A stretch of DNA of 63,214 bases, filler included, from Vermamoeba vermiformis (GCA_045837725.1; 5 parts of 5 records of this genome joined end to end with filler, not necessarily neighbours in it); one strand, 5' to 3'; positions 49,625 to 62,933 are shown, counted from the whole stretch's first letter. Translations and numbers: made by a program. The notes: a model not told the origin generated them from the sequence alone.

Positions 49625-51629
49625 TTATGCAAATTGAATGTCTTCTTCCGACTTAATTTCAATTACTGGCTGAGGTCCTTCTCGTCTGCCCAACGGATCA
49701 GCAACGAGTACCTCCTTTGGGAACAATACGCCCGTCTTCTTTTGGATCACAGTGATAGGAGTTTGGTAAGTCTTGAATCTACCGTACGGTTGGTTATATT
49801 CGGGGCCTTCAAGGTAGTTTCTGATGAGCTTATCCTGCGTCTGGATGTACGCGGTTGCCTACCAAGTTTTAGCATTGTCTGTTTAAACGTAAGATAGTAC
49901 TTACGAACAACTTGTTGTTGTGAAGAGTAACGACCACTTTCCAAAACTCGCTTGGAATTTGCACACCATCGTAGTAGCCGTCAACAGGACTCAGCACTGG
50001 GCCAGTGAAGACAGTGACAAGGAAATTGTTGTCAGTTGCGCGATTGAGGACGTAGTTCTCGAGCTCGAGCCACGTCTTCTGATTCAAGTCCTTGTGCTGA
50101 GGAGAGCAGTTGGTGAAGTGGAAGGTGTCTTCATTCGCATTAGTCACTTCGCCGTCATCTCCCCAGCATGGATCAAGTCTGCGAACCAAGTGACCACGAT
50201 CGAACATCAAACCTTCCTAATTAGGTAAAGAAGTTAATCCCTGACAACGACAAAGCAGTCTTAATATCCGTACCTTACGAGCGTTGGAGTAAAAAGTGTT
50301 TGACAACTGGTCTGCAAGAGGAATGCGCGGGTCGTACTTCCACACGTCGCGTCTGTGCACTTGAACCAGTTTTCTTCCGTCGATGTTGACTGCGGTGAAG
50401 AACGCAAGTCTTCGGTCCTTATTGAACACAATGCTGAAGTGCTCGTACTTGAACTCAGTGCCATTCTCGTGCATCGCAAGTTGGTCTTGTAAGTCGGGGC
50501 GAACAGTTGGCAACGGAACTTCGTGCTGCAAGAACGCGGGATCGTATCCGGATCGTCCATTCAGTTCGTCCTCGGAGAAAACGCGTTCGAGATTTCGAGG
50601 TGGTGCGGTTAAGAGAGGAGCAGGTGGAGCAGGCAAGGGTCGCATTATTTGACCGTGGAACAATCTGTTGGCAATCTCGACGATCTTAGCACTCTCCACA
50701 GCAACATTGGCAACACCATAGACGCCACCGTAGTGCAGGCCAATAGCTCTTCCAGTGACTAGCGACAGAATCACTGAGCCACTGCTGCCTCCGAGAGTCG
50801 TTGCGTCGTGGAAGATGTCAGTGGGATGGTGCAGCATTGTGTCGTCCTTGTAAGCGTAGCCAGGCGACAGTCTCTTGACGTCGTAGATGTCGTCAAAGTA
50901 GTACGACATTTCTTCATCAGGATTGCGAGAGTCGTAGGCAGGATGGCCAATGACGACTATCGGATGCTTCTTAGGCAAATGACCGACGACAGCGCCGGGC
51001 TCCAAAGGAATAGGACTGCGAGGCGGATGGTTTACCGGCCATGCCAAGCGAAGAATTGCGATATCCACGCCGTAATCAGCTTCAGCTGCTGAAGCAATAT
51101 AGAGCACCTCAGCAATTCCTGCCTAAACGGGAAAGTGTAAGGAAGGAAATTTCATCGAGTTTGCAATGCCTACCTCTTCGGTCACGAGTGACAGATGCTC
51201 AGCAGTGAAGTTCACTTTGACTGTGATCCCACGCTGAATTTCTCTATTGGTCGCGCAAAAACATAGCGCCACGTGTCTGTTAGTGACCATGATGTTGTCG
51301 TGGATGAGCCATCCGGTGCCAAAGTACTTCATCAATTTGATTTTTGGGTTGTGAGACACAGCGTAGATTCTGCCCACGGACCGCGTGAAGTTCTTCACCA
51401 TGTAGAAAGCGAGCTCGACTTGCTTTTGAAACGGACCAAGTGGGACAGTAGGGAAAGTATCATTTTGGATCTTCACCGTGGGTCTGCCTCGTGCGTAGAT
51501 GATGGCCTCACGTTTATTTTCGTCGCTTTCCACTATTAATCATGAGCATTAGTTAAACGCTAGGCGAAGATGAATTACTTGCGTACATTGCGGCGGGCGA
51601 GCTGGTTTAAAGCTGCTGTTGCGTTCCAT
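49625..51629 (-). CDS. Trypsin-like serine protease fused to DNA/RNA non-specific (NucA/EndoG, beta-beta-alpha-Me) endonuclease, bacterial-type
   Basis: EAII..RP..IQND; triad TNRHV / VDIAILRL / HDATTLGGSSGS; linker GYDPAFL; nuclease YEHFS..RRLAFFTAVNIDG, FDRGHLVRRLDPCWG, TFHFTNCSPQH..LNQKTWLELE, IPSEFWKVVV; four GT-AG introns. Confidence 0.92.
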
Positions 51630-52873
51630 GATGTTCGATTAATAATGAAAAAAAAGAGCCTTAACTCTTTAAATGTCTTTCGCTAGTACTTAAATTGTAA
51701 TTTCAAATTGAAACATTATTCCGCTGAATTTGTAAACTTGCCCGTGTAAGCTGTAAACGAAGCAGTTTTTTTACGGATCGCTTTAAGATTTGGCGCTAAA
51801 GGCGCAATCATGCAGGATATACACTATCAAATGAAAAAGCAACAATATTCAATTATTAAACACTAAATTAAGACTTGCCATCAAAATGCCTGTCAGGACG
51901 CGGAAAATTAAACAGACATGTCTTTCCAAAGTAGGCATGGCAACTGGGTTATTATTATCTCGAGAAAGTTGTGTAAATCAGCGACTGTAGACCACGTGTG
52001 AGTAACTATTTGATTCGTTTAACTTAGTCTCAATTCCCTAACAAAATTATTGAACGTGTTAATTTCAACCTGTAGCTGACTATATTTATATAACAATTAA
52101 TTGAAATTTAATCGAGTCTGAATTGATTAAAATGAAATCAAAGGTAAGTAAAAACGGATCTTGCTAAAATTTAATTATTATGATAGTGTCAGACCCCGAT
52201 TATTACCTTAGCAGTTGATTACTGATAATGGCGTATATTTTTCAGCGGTTTTGGACAAGGTCATTTTGTTTTTATAACGGTAAAATTTAATGAAGACGTC
52301 GCAAAAAATTAATGAAATAATTGTAAAAAAGTGGATTGCATCATTAATGGATTATTTAACATTATATCTAATTTCCTTCGATAATTATATTTTTACGTGG
52401 CTTAGAATTCAAATTTAAAATTGAGCTTTTTAACTCTCACCTTGCATCTCCAACAGCTGTCATGCTGACACAGAATGCGGTCACCATATATAAAGCAGCG
52501 AATAAAAACAAATTCTATCACATTGTCAAACCAGTTGTGGTTGTGGTCGAGTTACCGGATCAATGATGAAATGATGGACGCGACATGCGCCTCCTCATCG
52601 TGCGATTTTGACCAAATCGAATAATTAGTTAATCTATCATATGATATGACGAGTGGCAGCGGATAAAGCACTTTGCACGAGAAAGAATGGAGATCGAGTT
52701 CGGATACGGAATTGACTCAATTTATCAAATCCTCATCGTGCAAATTCATTCATAATACGTTCATTTGCTATACAGATAGCATTCTATATCATGATATGTT
52801 TTTGAGGACAATCGCACGCTTCAATTCTAAAATCCGCATCGATACAAATACAGTAAACTTTATTTTACGCCAA

Positions 52874-53629
52874 TTAGCACTGCATTGCCATCAAATACAA
52901 TAACATGGTACAAAGAGTTAGTGAGATATTTTGGAGTCCTAATGTAAGACTGTTTGCTTCGCTTGTCTCTGGATCGGAGTTTGGTGTTGGGTTTTCGCTT
53001 GGTTGATCTAACAGGCAGTACGATGCACCGATAAAAGGATACTGCGTCATGCATGTTGCAAATGGCGATATATAGGAGTATACGCACTCACTACAATCAG
53101 CATTGCATTGTGATTGATAAACAGATTCGGATGTGCTGTTGCAGAACGAATTACTAGTAACGTTGTTCAGTGTAAAACATAATGGTGCCGTTACTGATAT
53201 GGAGTGTATATTATTGGGCAATATATCACAGCTATAGTTCAGTCTCGTGATGAGAACAGTCGATCCTTCAACGAGCGCTCCTGGATTTGGCAAAGAATTG
53301 ATCGTCACGTATGAGAATGCTCCACCAAAAGTCATGTAGCATGTGTTGTGAGGGGTAGGAATAGGAGAACAATCAATAGAGCAAGCAGTATCTGAGCACC
53401 AAGTTACGGTCAATTCGCCATCTTGAAACGTTGCTTTTCTGGATGTGTTCGTCAAGTAGCTAAGGGGCAAGCATACATTCAATGGCATTATAGTAGTGAT
53501 TTGAGCGCCTTGAGTGCAATTATCGTCGGTGAAAGAAGTCACCGTCCAGTATTCTGCCGGCAGTTCTGAAATTTTCAGCGCGCCATAAGCGGATGCGATA
53601 AAAAATACGAGAATAACAATTGCTTTCAT
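52874..53629 (-). CDS. Secreted Cys-rich, probably GPI-anchored surface protein
   Basis: Signal peptide, two Cys-rich halves, many NxS/T sites, Pro/Ser linker, hydrophobic C-terminus. Confidence 0.75.
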   Translation of the reverse strand: MKAIVILVFFIASAYGALKISELPAEYWTVTSFTDDNCTQGAQITTIMPLNVCLPLSYLTNTSRKATFQDGELTVTWCSDTACSIDCSPIPTPHNTCYMTFGGAFSYVTINSLPNPGALVEGSTVLITRLNYSCDILPNNIHSISVTAPLCFTLNNVTSNSFCNSTSESVYQSQCNADCSECVYSYISPFATCMTQYPFIGASYCLLDQPSENPTPNSDPETSEANSLTLGLQNISLTLCTMLLYLMAMQC

Positions 53630-53736
53630 TGTATCAAATACATAGAATTGATTGAATATGAATTATTTCCGCTTGCAATTTATCGCCATAACGTGAATCT
53701 TTCGCGCGTAACTTTGTGATCCACTTCAAAGTTTGT

Positions 53737-53836
53737 NNNNNNNNNNNNNNNNNNNNNNNNNNNNNNNNNNNNNNNNNNNNTTAATTAATTAANNNNNNNN
53801 NNNNNNNNNNNNNNNNNNNNNNNNNNNNNNNNNNNN
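53737..53836. other. Assembly gap with linker
   Basis: N run containing TTAATTAATTAA. Confidence 0.97.
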
Positions 53837-55921
53837 ACAGAAACACCTTTAGCGTCCTCTTACATCTATTTTGCTGTCATTTCAAGTGAAGGACATCTAT
53901 TTTTTGGTTCAGCGACCAATCTCTGGGACCATCAGAATACGCACAGAAAGCATTGGCCCACCAGCCATAAACTTTAGCTGAAGCAAAGGTTTGAACTTTG
54001 GATCTGTATCGCTTGAGTTCTAAACTTTCTTTCTCGTGTCCTGTCTGCAGTCATGGACGTTTGTTCAGTACATTAATTATTTGAAGTTGGAGAAGCCAAA
54101 CCTCAAATGTCTCCCCTTGTGGGTCCTTATCTTATCTTGCAGAATGCCATTGGAGGCCTTTTGCATGTGGTGGGAATTTTAACTGAGATCTTGCAAGTCA
54201 ATTTGGATGCTCTATCCATTCTCAGTGAAAGCTCAGTGAACCCTATGGCTAAAGGAGTACGCATGAACACTGCCAAGCTTGACACGCACTTGAAATCCAA
54301 TCATTGTCCAAGAGAACTGTAGTGTGGACATGACTCGTGCAAATGATAAACGTCACTGGGCACTGCAATGCTCCAGGGCCCTGGGTGAGCGCTCTGTTCT
54401 CCAAAGAACTTTCCAGTGCCAAGTATTGACCACGCATCCATCATAAACTGAAGATACTATGTCCCGTCCGCCTTTGCAGAACAATGACATTTTCCCTCCA
54501 GAGGTTGGCCAGGCCAAGTTGGCCAGTGTGGCCAAGCCTTTGTGGCCAAAAGCCTCCCGATGCCAATAGTAGCCCTTCCTGGGTCCGCCAGTGCTAATGG
54601 CAAAGTTTGGTATTAGTTGGTCTATTACTAACATCAGTGGACACGGCAACCCCATATCCGCCACTAGTTTTATTTTACTTATTTGATTAAGCGTATCACA
54701 CCAGCAGCTGTGGACAAATTCATATAAATCAAATTGAATCTTGCAATTATGTTGTTGTACCAATTGGTGATGGATGCTGACAAATTTCACTAATTTAAAA
54801 AAATCTTGGATGACTACGTATCATATAGCAGTGTGCCACTGGAAAAGTTAAATGCATTAGAGCAAAATAAATATTTCCATGAGTTCTTTAAAGAACATTT
54901 TGCAGCCTATTTTCTAAATGCCCAAGCTGTGAGCCTAAGCCGGATAACCGTAGTACCTTGGGTCCGCTGGTGCTATTGAAAAGTTTGGTGTAAATAGGTC
55001 AATTGCTAACACCAGCGGATGCAGCAACCTAAAAGACACACCCCATGTTTTGCCATTCAGTTTCTTCTTGGTGGTAGTTCAACGCTACACTCAATGAGCG
55101 CAGTGTGGCAATGATATCAACAACTTGACTCCCATGGAAACAGCCATATTTTCTGATGTTCAGCTTCCAGAAAACGGTTGCCAGACCAGATGTATGCCAT
55201 GGTCTCTCCTGTAATTTGATTTTTTGGATAACTTTGTTGAATATCTATTTACAACTTCCCCTTATGCAATCAGAGGATGAATTGAAAGGGCTACAGAGAT
55301 AAAGGAAAAGGGAGAGAACTGAACATCATATCATGTGGTTCAATAAAATTCAATTCATGCAGCAAGGTGAAAGGTGCCATTGCTCTTTGCGGGGCAATCT
55401 AAGTGCAAAGACTTTAATGTGCCTGAGTTAGTAGTAAACAGAATTTGCTCCAGTTTGTTTTTATAGTGGTCTTTGTAGTATGCCAGATCTTCATAGAAAT
55501 TGCAGTTTAATGAGCACCAAGGCGCACTGAAGACCTGTTCGGATCCTAGGGTCAGAAATACCAGTTTGCATTAAATTTAGTGAGGGATTGTCTTTGTAGG
55601 AGTAGGTCGCTGGCTTCCATGCACCATGCTTCTCATTCAATGCAACATCGGTATTCATTCAATGCTAAACCTCCATGTCAGCCTGTGTGAGCCTGAAAGG
55701 ATAATCAAATGAAGTTGCCGTTGTTGGCATGACCTGACAGACACCACTAATGGCTTGTCACCCCCACGCCCAAAGTGCTCCTTTTACAGCTGGCACCTGG
55801 ATCCCCAGAAAGAGTTTGTTGTTACACACAATTTTTACGAGGAGTTTTTTACTTAGGGACAGGGACCAAAATTAGGTTGAAAAATTTCATTTCCACATCC
55901 CACCAACAACAAACGGATGCT
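53837..55921 (-). pseudogene. Degenerate CpG-poor remnant, probably mobile-element derived
   Basis: Short broken frames, isolated contig, low CpG; no firm family assignment. Confidence 0.35.
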
Positions 55922-56021
55922 NNNNNNNNNNNNNNNNNNNNNNNNNNNNNNNNNNNNNNNNNNNNTTAATTAATTAANNNNNNNNNNNNNNNNNNNNNNN
56001 NNNNNNNNNNNNNNNNNNNNN
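55922..56021. other. Assembly gap with linker
   Basis: N run containing TTAATTAATTAA. Confidence 0.97.
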
Positions 56022-56110
56022 TTACATTATATTGCTGATATTTATTGCAGTAATATTTTCGGCATATTTATTTTAATACTATATTCTACATTTCTAACTT
56101 TTTACTTTAG

Positions 56111-58873
56111 TTGGCGAATCCTCAGCTGCAAGCACTTTCGTTAAAATCCAAAGTGGATATTTACCTGGACTTTTTGGTGAAGGCTCGCAATCGAAAATGG
56201 TTCGACGCAGGCTACGCAGATGAACTCGTACGGCAAATTCTCCTTCATCCAAACCACGCTAGCCGCGAAGATTTCATCTTCTACTTTGTCCTCTTTGCGT
56301 ACCATCAAATGCTGCCCCCGTTGGACGACCAAAAGCTGTATTATCCTCTTTGGTACTTTGAGTACCGCGATCGTGTCGCGAGCACTCTGGGACTGAAAGT
56401 GGACGGTCAGCAGTGGTCCGATTTTAACACCGCATTCAACGTGTTTCCTTACCGGCTTCAATCTGCAATGGCAATGTGCGCCGTTCGTGCCTCGTGTCGA
56501 CAATCAATATCGGGCATGGAAGTGCAAAGCCAATTCTACTTTCTCTGGTGCGCTCTTCGCTTCAAGATGGCCTATTGGCAGTCAGATGACACATTACGAG
56601 TTCTCCTTGATGAATTGCAAGCCGAGAACCCGAAATGTAATTATGACTCGCCCTTGTTCACGCTTGACCATAAAAATTACCTCGCGCCTCCCCTTCAAAG
56701 TATGTTTCTTTGTTACCGGTATTTGTCTAATTTCCACGTTAAGGGACTATCCTTCCCGTAAATACAATATCCAAAAGTCAGCAAAAGAAGAACAAGAAAA
56801 AAAGAGCGGATGCTGGCATTATTGAACAGATCCGGTTCGAACGTGTTGGATTTATTGGCGAATGTCATGGCATTGGCGAACGCTGGTTCCATCCAGAGCA
56901 GTTTAATACTGCAAGGGCAATTTACGTCATTTCTACAAGTAACCGAAAGCGCAAGATCGACGAAGTACGAAGCGAAAGCAGTGCACCGAAACGCAGAAAG
57001 GTACGATAAAAAGGAATGTAATCATAACTGAATATTTGTTATTTAGATCGATGATAGTTTTCGGCTAGAGGATCACGAAATCCAAATCTCCGATCAGCCA
57101 GATCAAGCCGAACAATACTCGCCAGTAGTAAGCCCTCGTATTTATGATGCAATAGAAATGCCCGTAAGTAAATATTTTACTGCATATGAACCTTATTGCT
57201 AATACCAATAGGATTCCCCAAACGTGCCTGCAACTCCGCCATCCGAAGGTGAGCAAGCCGAAGAAGTTGCACGCGTTGGCAAAGTAATTTCTGGCCAAAA
57301 AGTTGCTGTGGACAGCGAGGATACACGAAGAACCCTTGAAGAAAACGTACCTGCTTTGCGTGCAACAACAGCGAACGACGTGATACCTGTTACGCTCTCT
57401 CTTTCGTCAGTGCCACGCGAACTCTGGCTTGGCATTATATGGGATCTGTTGCAGACGCCGCGTGCTATAGCTTGCTTCGCTCAGACATGCCACCAAGCGC
57501 TAGAAACTGTCGTTGATTGCTTCTCTCGGAGTGCTACTTGGCAACGCTTCAAGATCTACGCCAAGTTTGCTTCCTTGGGTCTCAAGTATGAACTAGTCCA
57601 GCCTCATGAAGTGTATTCTTACCACTTCGAAGTCGACACTCTGCGCTCTTTTCGGCTCAACGCAACATCTTTTGGTCAGCTACGCGAAGCCCACTTCCAC
57701 CACTTCTGCCTCGTGCCAGATGACATCTGCTACGTACTACAAAGTTGTACCAACATAAGGACACTGGCTTTTCATGGCTCTAACTTAATTCCTGAATCTC
57801 TGGATAATTTATCGCGGATGTAAGTTTCCTTGCACGGATTTGAACGACAAAAACTAATTTATTCGTTAGGGCAACCCGAATTCAAGCACTACAAATAAGC
57901 GAGCCGAACGCTGTCTTGGGGAAGGCGAGGGTACACCTTAATATCTCCCAAAATCTCCTGCCGATCTGCTTTCCAAATCTGGCGGCTCTTTCGATGCGAA
58001 ACATGACCATGGCGACGCAAACTTACTACATGCCCGGAGCTTTATCAACCCGTCTTTTGTTTTTGGATTTAAGAACTAAGGGCTACGTTAACAACTTCTA
58101 TGGCTTTTTGAAGATGCGAAATCCGTCGACAACTTCCGTCATAATAGAGCTCTACAAGCTCTTTCCTAATCTCCGTGGTTTACGCTTGCCGTTGGCCGAT
58201 CGTCCTGCCCTAGGGAGAAAAGTGGTAATCACTTTCCCGACCCCGCCTCCCTCTTTGGAGTTTTTGGAGTTGTACGGCTATGCAGATCTGGGCGTTGAAA
58301 TCGATCTTGATCACGTTGATACTGGGCAGCGCTTGCGCCATATCAGCTTGATTGATTTGCTCTTTCGGTTTCCGTTCCGCGAGACTCTCAGCCTACCGCC
58401 CGATTATGGCGATAAGGATAGGAAAAATTGGTCGCTGTACATTGGAGGTACTACGCTGACCTTAAACTCGCGCATCTTTGAGGCACTCCTCAAGCAGAGA
58501 CCGTAAGTAATTGTATTTAACTGAAATATTTTTTTATTAATTTAATTTAATTAGGTTTTCTTGGGATTACAAACAAGGCGTTGAAGTACGCCTGATAGAG
58601 CGCCCTAATATCTTTGCCGAGTTGTTCGACATCGCACAGAAGATTGCTATCAACTCTTATTCGGAAGCCGAGAGGCAGATGCTGATCGAGAGAAATCGAA
58701 GCTCGAGCCGTTTTATGCCAGACACACCTGATTTTCGTTTCGCTTCGGATGTGGTAAAAGAAGAGTACTACCGATTAATGAAGCTTCCTGGCGTATTTGA
58801 AATCCGTGACCGCGCTAATTTCAGGCGCTACAAAGATTGGTTCGACTGTTTCGTTGCCGAAGATCGCTTATAA
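56111..58873 (+). CDS. Large multi-exon protein with internal F-box-like motif and degenerate LRR-like region (5' end missing)
   Basis: Exons from 56111 splice in frame (via a RKRK..KRRK exon) into ORF 57224 with LSSVPRELWLGIIWDLL..AIACFAQTCHQ; later FPNLAAL / FPNLRGLRL / LEFLELYG. Confidence 0.55.
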
Positions 58874-59001
58874 ATTTCACATAAAAATAGACCAATCGCC
58901 GTCGAGGCAGGTTTTTGGCAACCCACTTTCGGTTGGCGCTCTTTCGTCTTTTGTACCATTTTTTGGATCAAGCAACCACAAAGTAAGTAGCGCGAACTCT
59001 T

Positions 59002-61027
59002 TTGCAAGGATCGTTGTCCTTCTCAGCTGAGTTCGCTTGCTCAGCTGCTAGTCAAAGTGTTCTCCTTCTGCGACAGAAGGAGGTACTTTTTTTTTTAAAA
59101 CTTACTAACGCTTCGTCACGGTTAGTGGATGTACTGGACACAGTCAAGAAATTGGCAGTCAAGCCCAAGCGCAACGTTAGTCACGCCACCTCCGACGATC
59201 GTCGCTTATCATTACACCGATCTGCTCGCAAAAAAAGACGACTCTCTCCCCGTGGTTTCACTCCAGTTTGGAAGAAACCCAAGCTTCATCACGACAGACT
59301 TAGCCCGGTATCTAACGATCAGGTATGTAATTATTAACATATCTCGTATTATGGAGATTTTTTGGCGCGCTTTACTTAACTCCAATTTTAGAACTCACCG
59401 GACACCGACTCAACCCAGCAAGCTACAAGTTTTGTCAACTACAAGTCCCCTGTTCGTGCTTTAGTACGGCGGCAAGCGAAAGTTCAACGCGTTCTTGCCT
59501 ATGAGTCCTCATCCGATCGCTCGAACCAAGAGTCCATTCAAAGTAGTAGTATGGACGAAGGAGAAGATGAAGAGTTGGCCGAGTCTGACGACTTGGACTC
59601 TCCTGAGCTTGCTCAAAAGGATTGGGATGACCTTCACAATCAAGAAGAGCAACCTACTGCTTCGGATGCGGAGTTTGTCGAGTCTGATAGCCTTGGCCAC
59701 AACGATGAGGCCGATTACCAGCCATCCTCCGATGTCCCAATGTCTTCGTCTTTTACTTCCTCCAAAAGCTCTTCAAGATCGGCGCCTTCGCTGAAAAGTC
59801 CTGGATCGGTAAGTTCTCGTCCTCCTACTCAAACCACAAACTAATAGTTAATTTAAGGATAAGCCCTTAGATGAGCCTTCGCAAGTAGCTGCCCCCTCCA
59901 AGGAACAACAACCCCTTGCCGAACCAGAAGCAACCACGGCCGAGCCAATTAAGAAGCGCCGCATCCACTTGAAGATTTCAAAGCCAAAAGGCAAGCAGTG
60001 TACTCTTGTATTTCAGATAAACGTTATGGATGATTAATATTAAATATTAGACTCTTCTATATCTGAGATCGATGCGGGCCGCAAGCAATTTATAAACAAT
60101 TTGATTGAAATTATCGATCAACTGCCCCTGCACGATGTCAAGTTGCGAGTTTTGCAGACACCTGATGGAGCATCTCTTCAAGCTGTTGTATGTGACGCTG
60201 ACGAGTACCCTCTCTCGCAACATGGCTTAGTCGACATTGAGAACATTAAGCGAGAGGTTATTAAAGCTCGAGACAAAGAATCCTTTGATTTCAGTAAGTA
60301 CTCAGAACCTAATTCTAAGCTTTGCTAACAACATTTAGTGGGGGCTTCTGCCGGAGTAATGAATGCCATTCGTTCGTGCTCTTTTTCACAGACATTGTAC
60401 GCAACGGTCATGAGCTCGGAGAACTTTATCGAGATTGCAGGGGTCAAAATTAAGATGGCTGGCCTGAGTGACTTTGTGTTACGTGGTCAACTACCCGCTG
60501 CTGATGCGCCAGCTGCATTGACTTCGCAAATCAACCGAGCCTTGACTCATCTTCAAGCAGTAGCTACCGTCCAAACCGATGCTTGCGTGCTTGGCAAATT
60601 AAAACTGTTCTACCTTGGCGGCTTATTGAAGGCCTGGACGAAGAAATTACACGCGGACAAAACAGAAAAGAATCCTAATCTCAGCGAAAGAATTATCGAG
60701 CAGTTGGTCAATGACGACCTGTACAAGTTGATATCTACTGAAGTGCCTGCTTTGGTGCGCGTGACTCCAGACGACTTTGACGCAAGGGCTGCTGTTCAAT
60801 CTGCTGTTCCTCAGTCACCACTTCGCCGTGACGGATTCCGCGCTTGGAAGTCAAGACTTTTAAAGTTCTTTGCTCTATGCTCTATAGAAAAAAACCTATT
60901 ATTCTCGGATATTTCCTTTAGCTACATCGCGAAATCGTTTCCTAACGCGGATGTTGCTGGCGAGCTATTCGCGTACATTAATTCAAATTTAGACGAGTTC
61001 CCTAAATGGAAATTACAAATAAACTAA
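59002..61027 (+). CDS. Hypothetical multi-exon protein (basic and acidic low-complexity N-terminus, helical C-terminal domain)
   Basis: ORFs 59002-59337, 59551-59844, 60101-60328 and 60338-61027 separated by short GT-AG introns. Confidence 0.5.
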
Positions 61028-61040
61028 ATCTGTTTATTTA

Positions 61041-62933
61041 GTGGAACTCACTGATATAACAAACCGTGTTTTGAACTCCGCCAATACCAGGTACTGCTCA
61101 TCCCGATTCGGATGCGAAATGACCGTTATTTTTAGTTATCCTGGGAAGCTAGCAAAGACCAAGAGTATTATCGATATTTTAATGCCCAGCGAGTTACCGG
61201 AAAAAGAGAACTTCAACGCGAATGACTTTGCCTCTGATCTTGTCGAAGATGGTGAACTCACGAAATATTTTTACCAAGACTTCAGTCTCACTCCTGGAAA
61301 GGGTAAGTAATAATAATGCGTTATACATGGCAATTGACTAGTTCCAGATCTATTAGATTACGACAATGAAACCGTCGAATCTACACAACCTGTTGTTGAA
61401 TCCGGCTTTAGCCAGCCACCCGAGAGCTTTTCACAGCACGATCAACTTCCTGAACAACGATCCAAGCCTTCAAAGGGTCGCTCTGCATTTAGACCAGTTT
61501 GGAAGGAGAAGGTGCCTAAATTTGTGCCGCTGCGTTCTAGATCTCGATCCTCATCTGCCACCGAGGTTACAAGCTCCGAGAGCCAGAATTACGAGACTAA
61601 CGAAGTTTGGAGCGATACTGCGAGTAGTGTTATTGATCTAACGAAGTTTGGCGACATGGATGTCAACAGTCAGTATGCAGTACTAACTAGTGCAGAACGG
61701 TACGCGGGATGACAACCTTTCACAGCGACCTATTAACGCGTGCTAATTTAGAAAGCATATGGTTCGTCGGGCTTCTGGAGGAGTTCGCTATCGCTCCGCA
61801 TACAAAAAGCAACTCAGACAGGCCCTTGCCAACGGCTCCTTAAAGCCAACATTGTTTACGCATCGCATGTCGAAGTCTGCTGTCACAGTTGCAACAGAAT
61901 CCGACTTCGATTCAGCTGCGTTTACGGACTTGAGTTGGCTAACATCGCGAACAAGCTACGCGCCTGAACCGTATCTGACGGAGAACAAAGACTGCAATTT
62001 GGTTCAAAAGTTCGATCTTGATTTTACTGGGTTGTTATTCGAGTCTTTTTCATTTGTCAAAACGACGATTGCTATGATTTACGCGCCCAACCTGGCGTTA
62101 AAAATGCCGAGCTCAAAGATGCATTATAACGGAAAGGGTATTCACAATTTTGTTAATACCCATTTCGGGTAAGTGATCATGTTAATATAATATTTTCTTA
62201 TTCAACTTAAATTTTAAAGGGACGTTGACGACAAATATCGCATTTGGGTCTTCTTTCCTTTCACTGTAACCAGTGAGTGGAGTAATGTCATTCACCATTT
62301 CTTCGAGCATTGCGTTCACACAGGTAATACTCATACAAGAGTTAAGCACCAATGCTAATTATTGCGCAGGTGTATTGTCTTCACCTCAGTCGCGAAGCAC
62401 TCCGATCGCTAGACCTTACGCTACTTTGCGCATGGTTAAAAAGGCTGGTTCAGCGTGCGCGATTTATGCTGAGACGTTATCGCACATGCAATCGGTCCTC
62501 AAAGACTACACAGCAAGCTATCCCGAGTGCGTTCTTTTCCAATTATTTGCAGTTTAGTCAACTAATATATTCCAGGTACGCACCTGCTTTTGCGATTCAA
62601 CGATACGGCAAAAAAGAACGAATGTCGTTACGGGCTGAGGTAGAGACGCACTGGAAGGAGTTGTCTTCGATGTTCAACATGGAGATGGTTAACGTTCGTA
62701 AAGAAGGCGAGAAAGCGTTCTTCTATCAAGATGTTGCCATTGATATAATGTACGTAGACTAGGCCTTGTTAGTTCCTCGCTAACGATAAATATCAGGTGG
62801 TTAGGGTTAGGGGCAGATTCCTTGGCGAACGAAGTGAGGGTTAGGGTTAGGGATGTATCTACCAGCTTTGCACTTCCTTTGCAGGCTAGCTGCAAAGCTC
62901 CCATTTGCACATGAAGTAGACTGGTCAGAAGGA
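61041..62933 (+). CDS. Hypothetical multi-exon gene whose last exon contains telomeric repeats (likely truncated)
   Basis: Exons 61041-61304, 61759-62169, 62220-62322 and others; putative last exon WLGLGADSLANEVRVRVRD is built partly from TTAGGG units. Confidence 0.5.
62799..62852 (+). repeat. Two short interstitial telomeric tracts
   Basis: GG(TTAGGG)2 at 62799-62812 and AGGG(TTAGGG)2 at 62837-62852. Confidence 0.9.

Noticed and set aside
49625-51629. Bacterial contamination as the source of the trypsin-nuclease gene
   Set aside because: It has four canonical spliceosomal introns like neighbouring genes and shares a contig with a eukaryotic-type GPI protein gene.
54353-54790. YYWHREAFGHKGLA resembling a Crypton/tyrosine-recombinase motif
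   Set aside because: No convincing HxxR or catalytic Tyr region follows.
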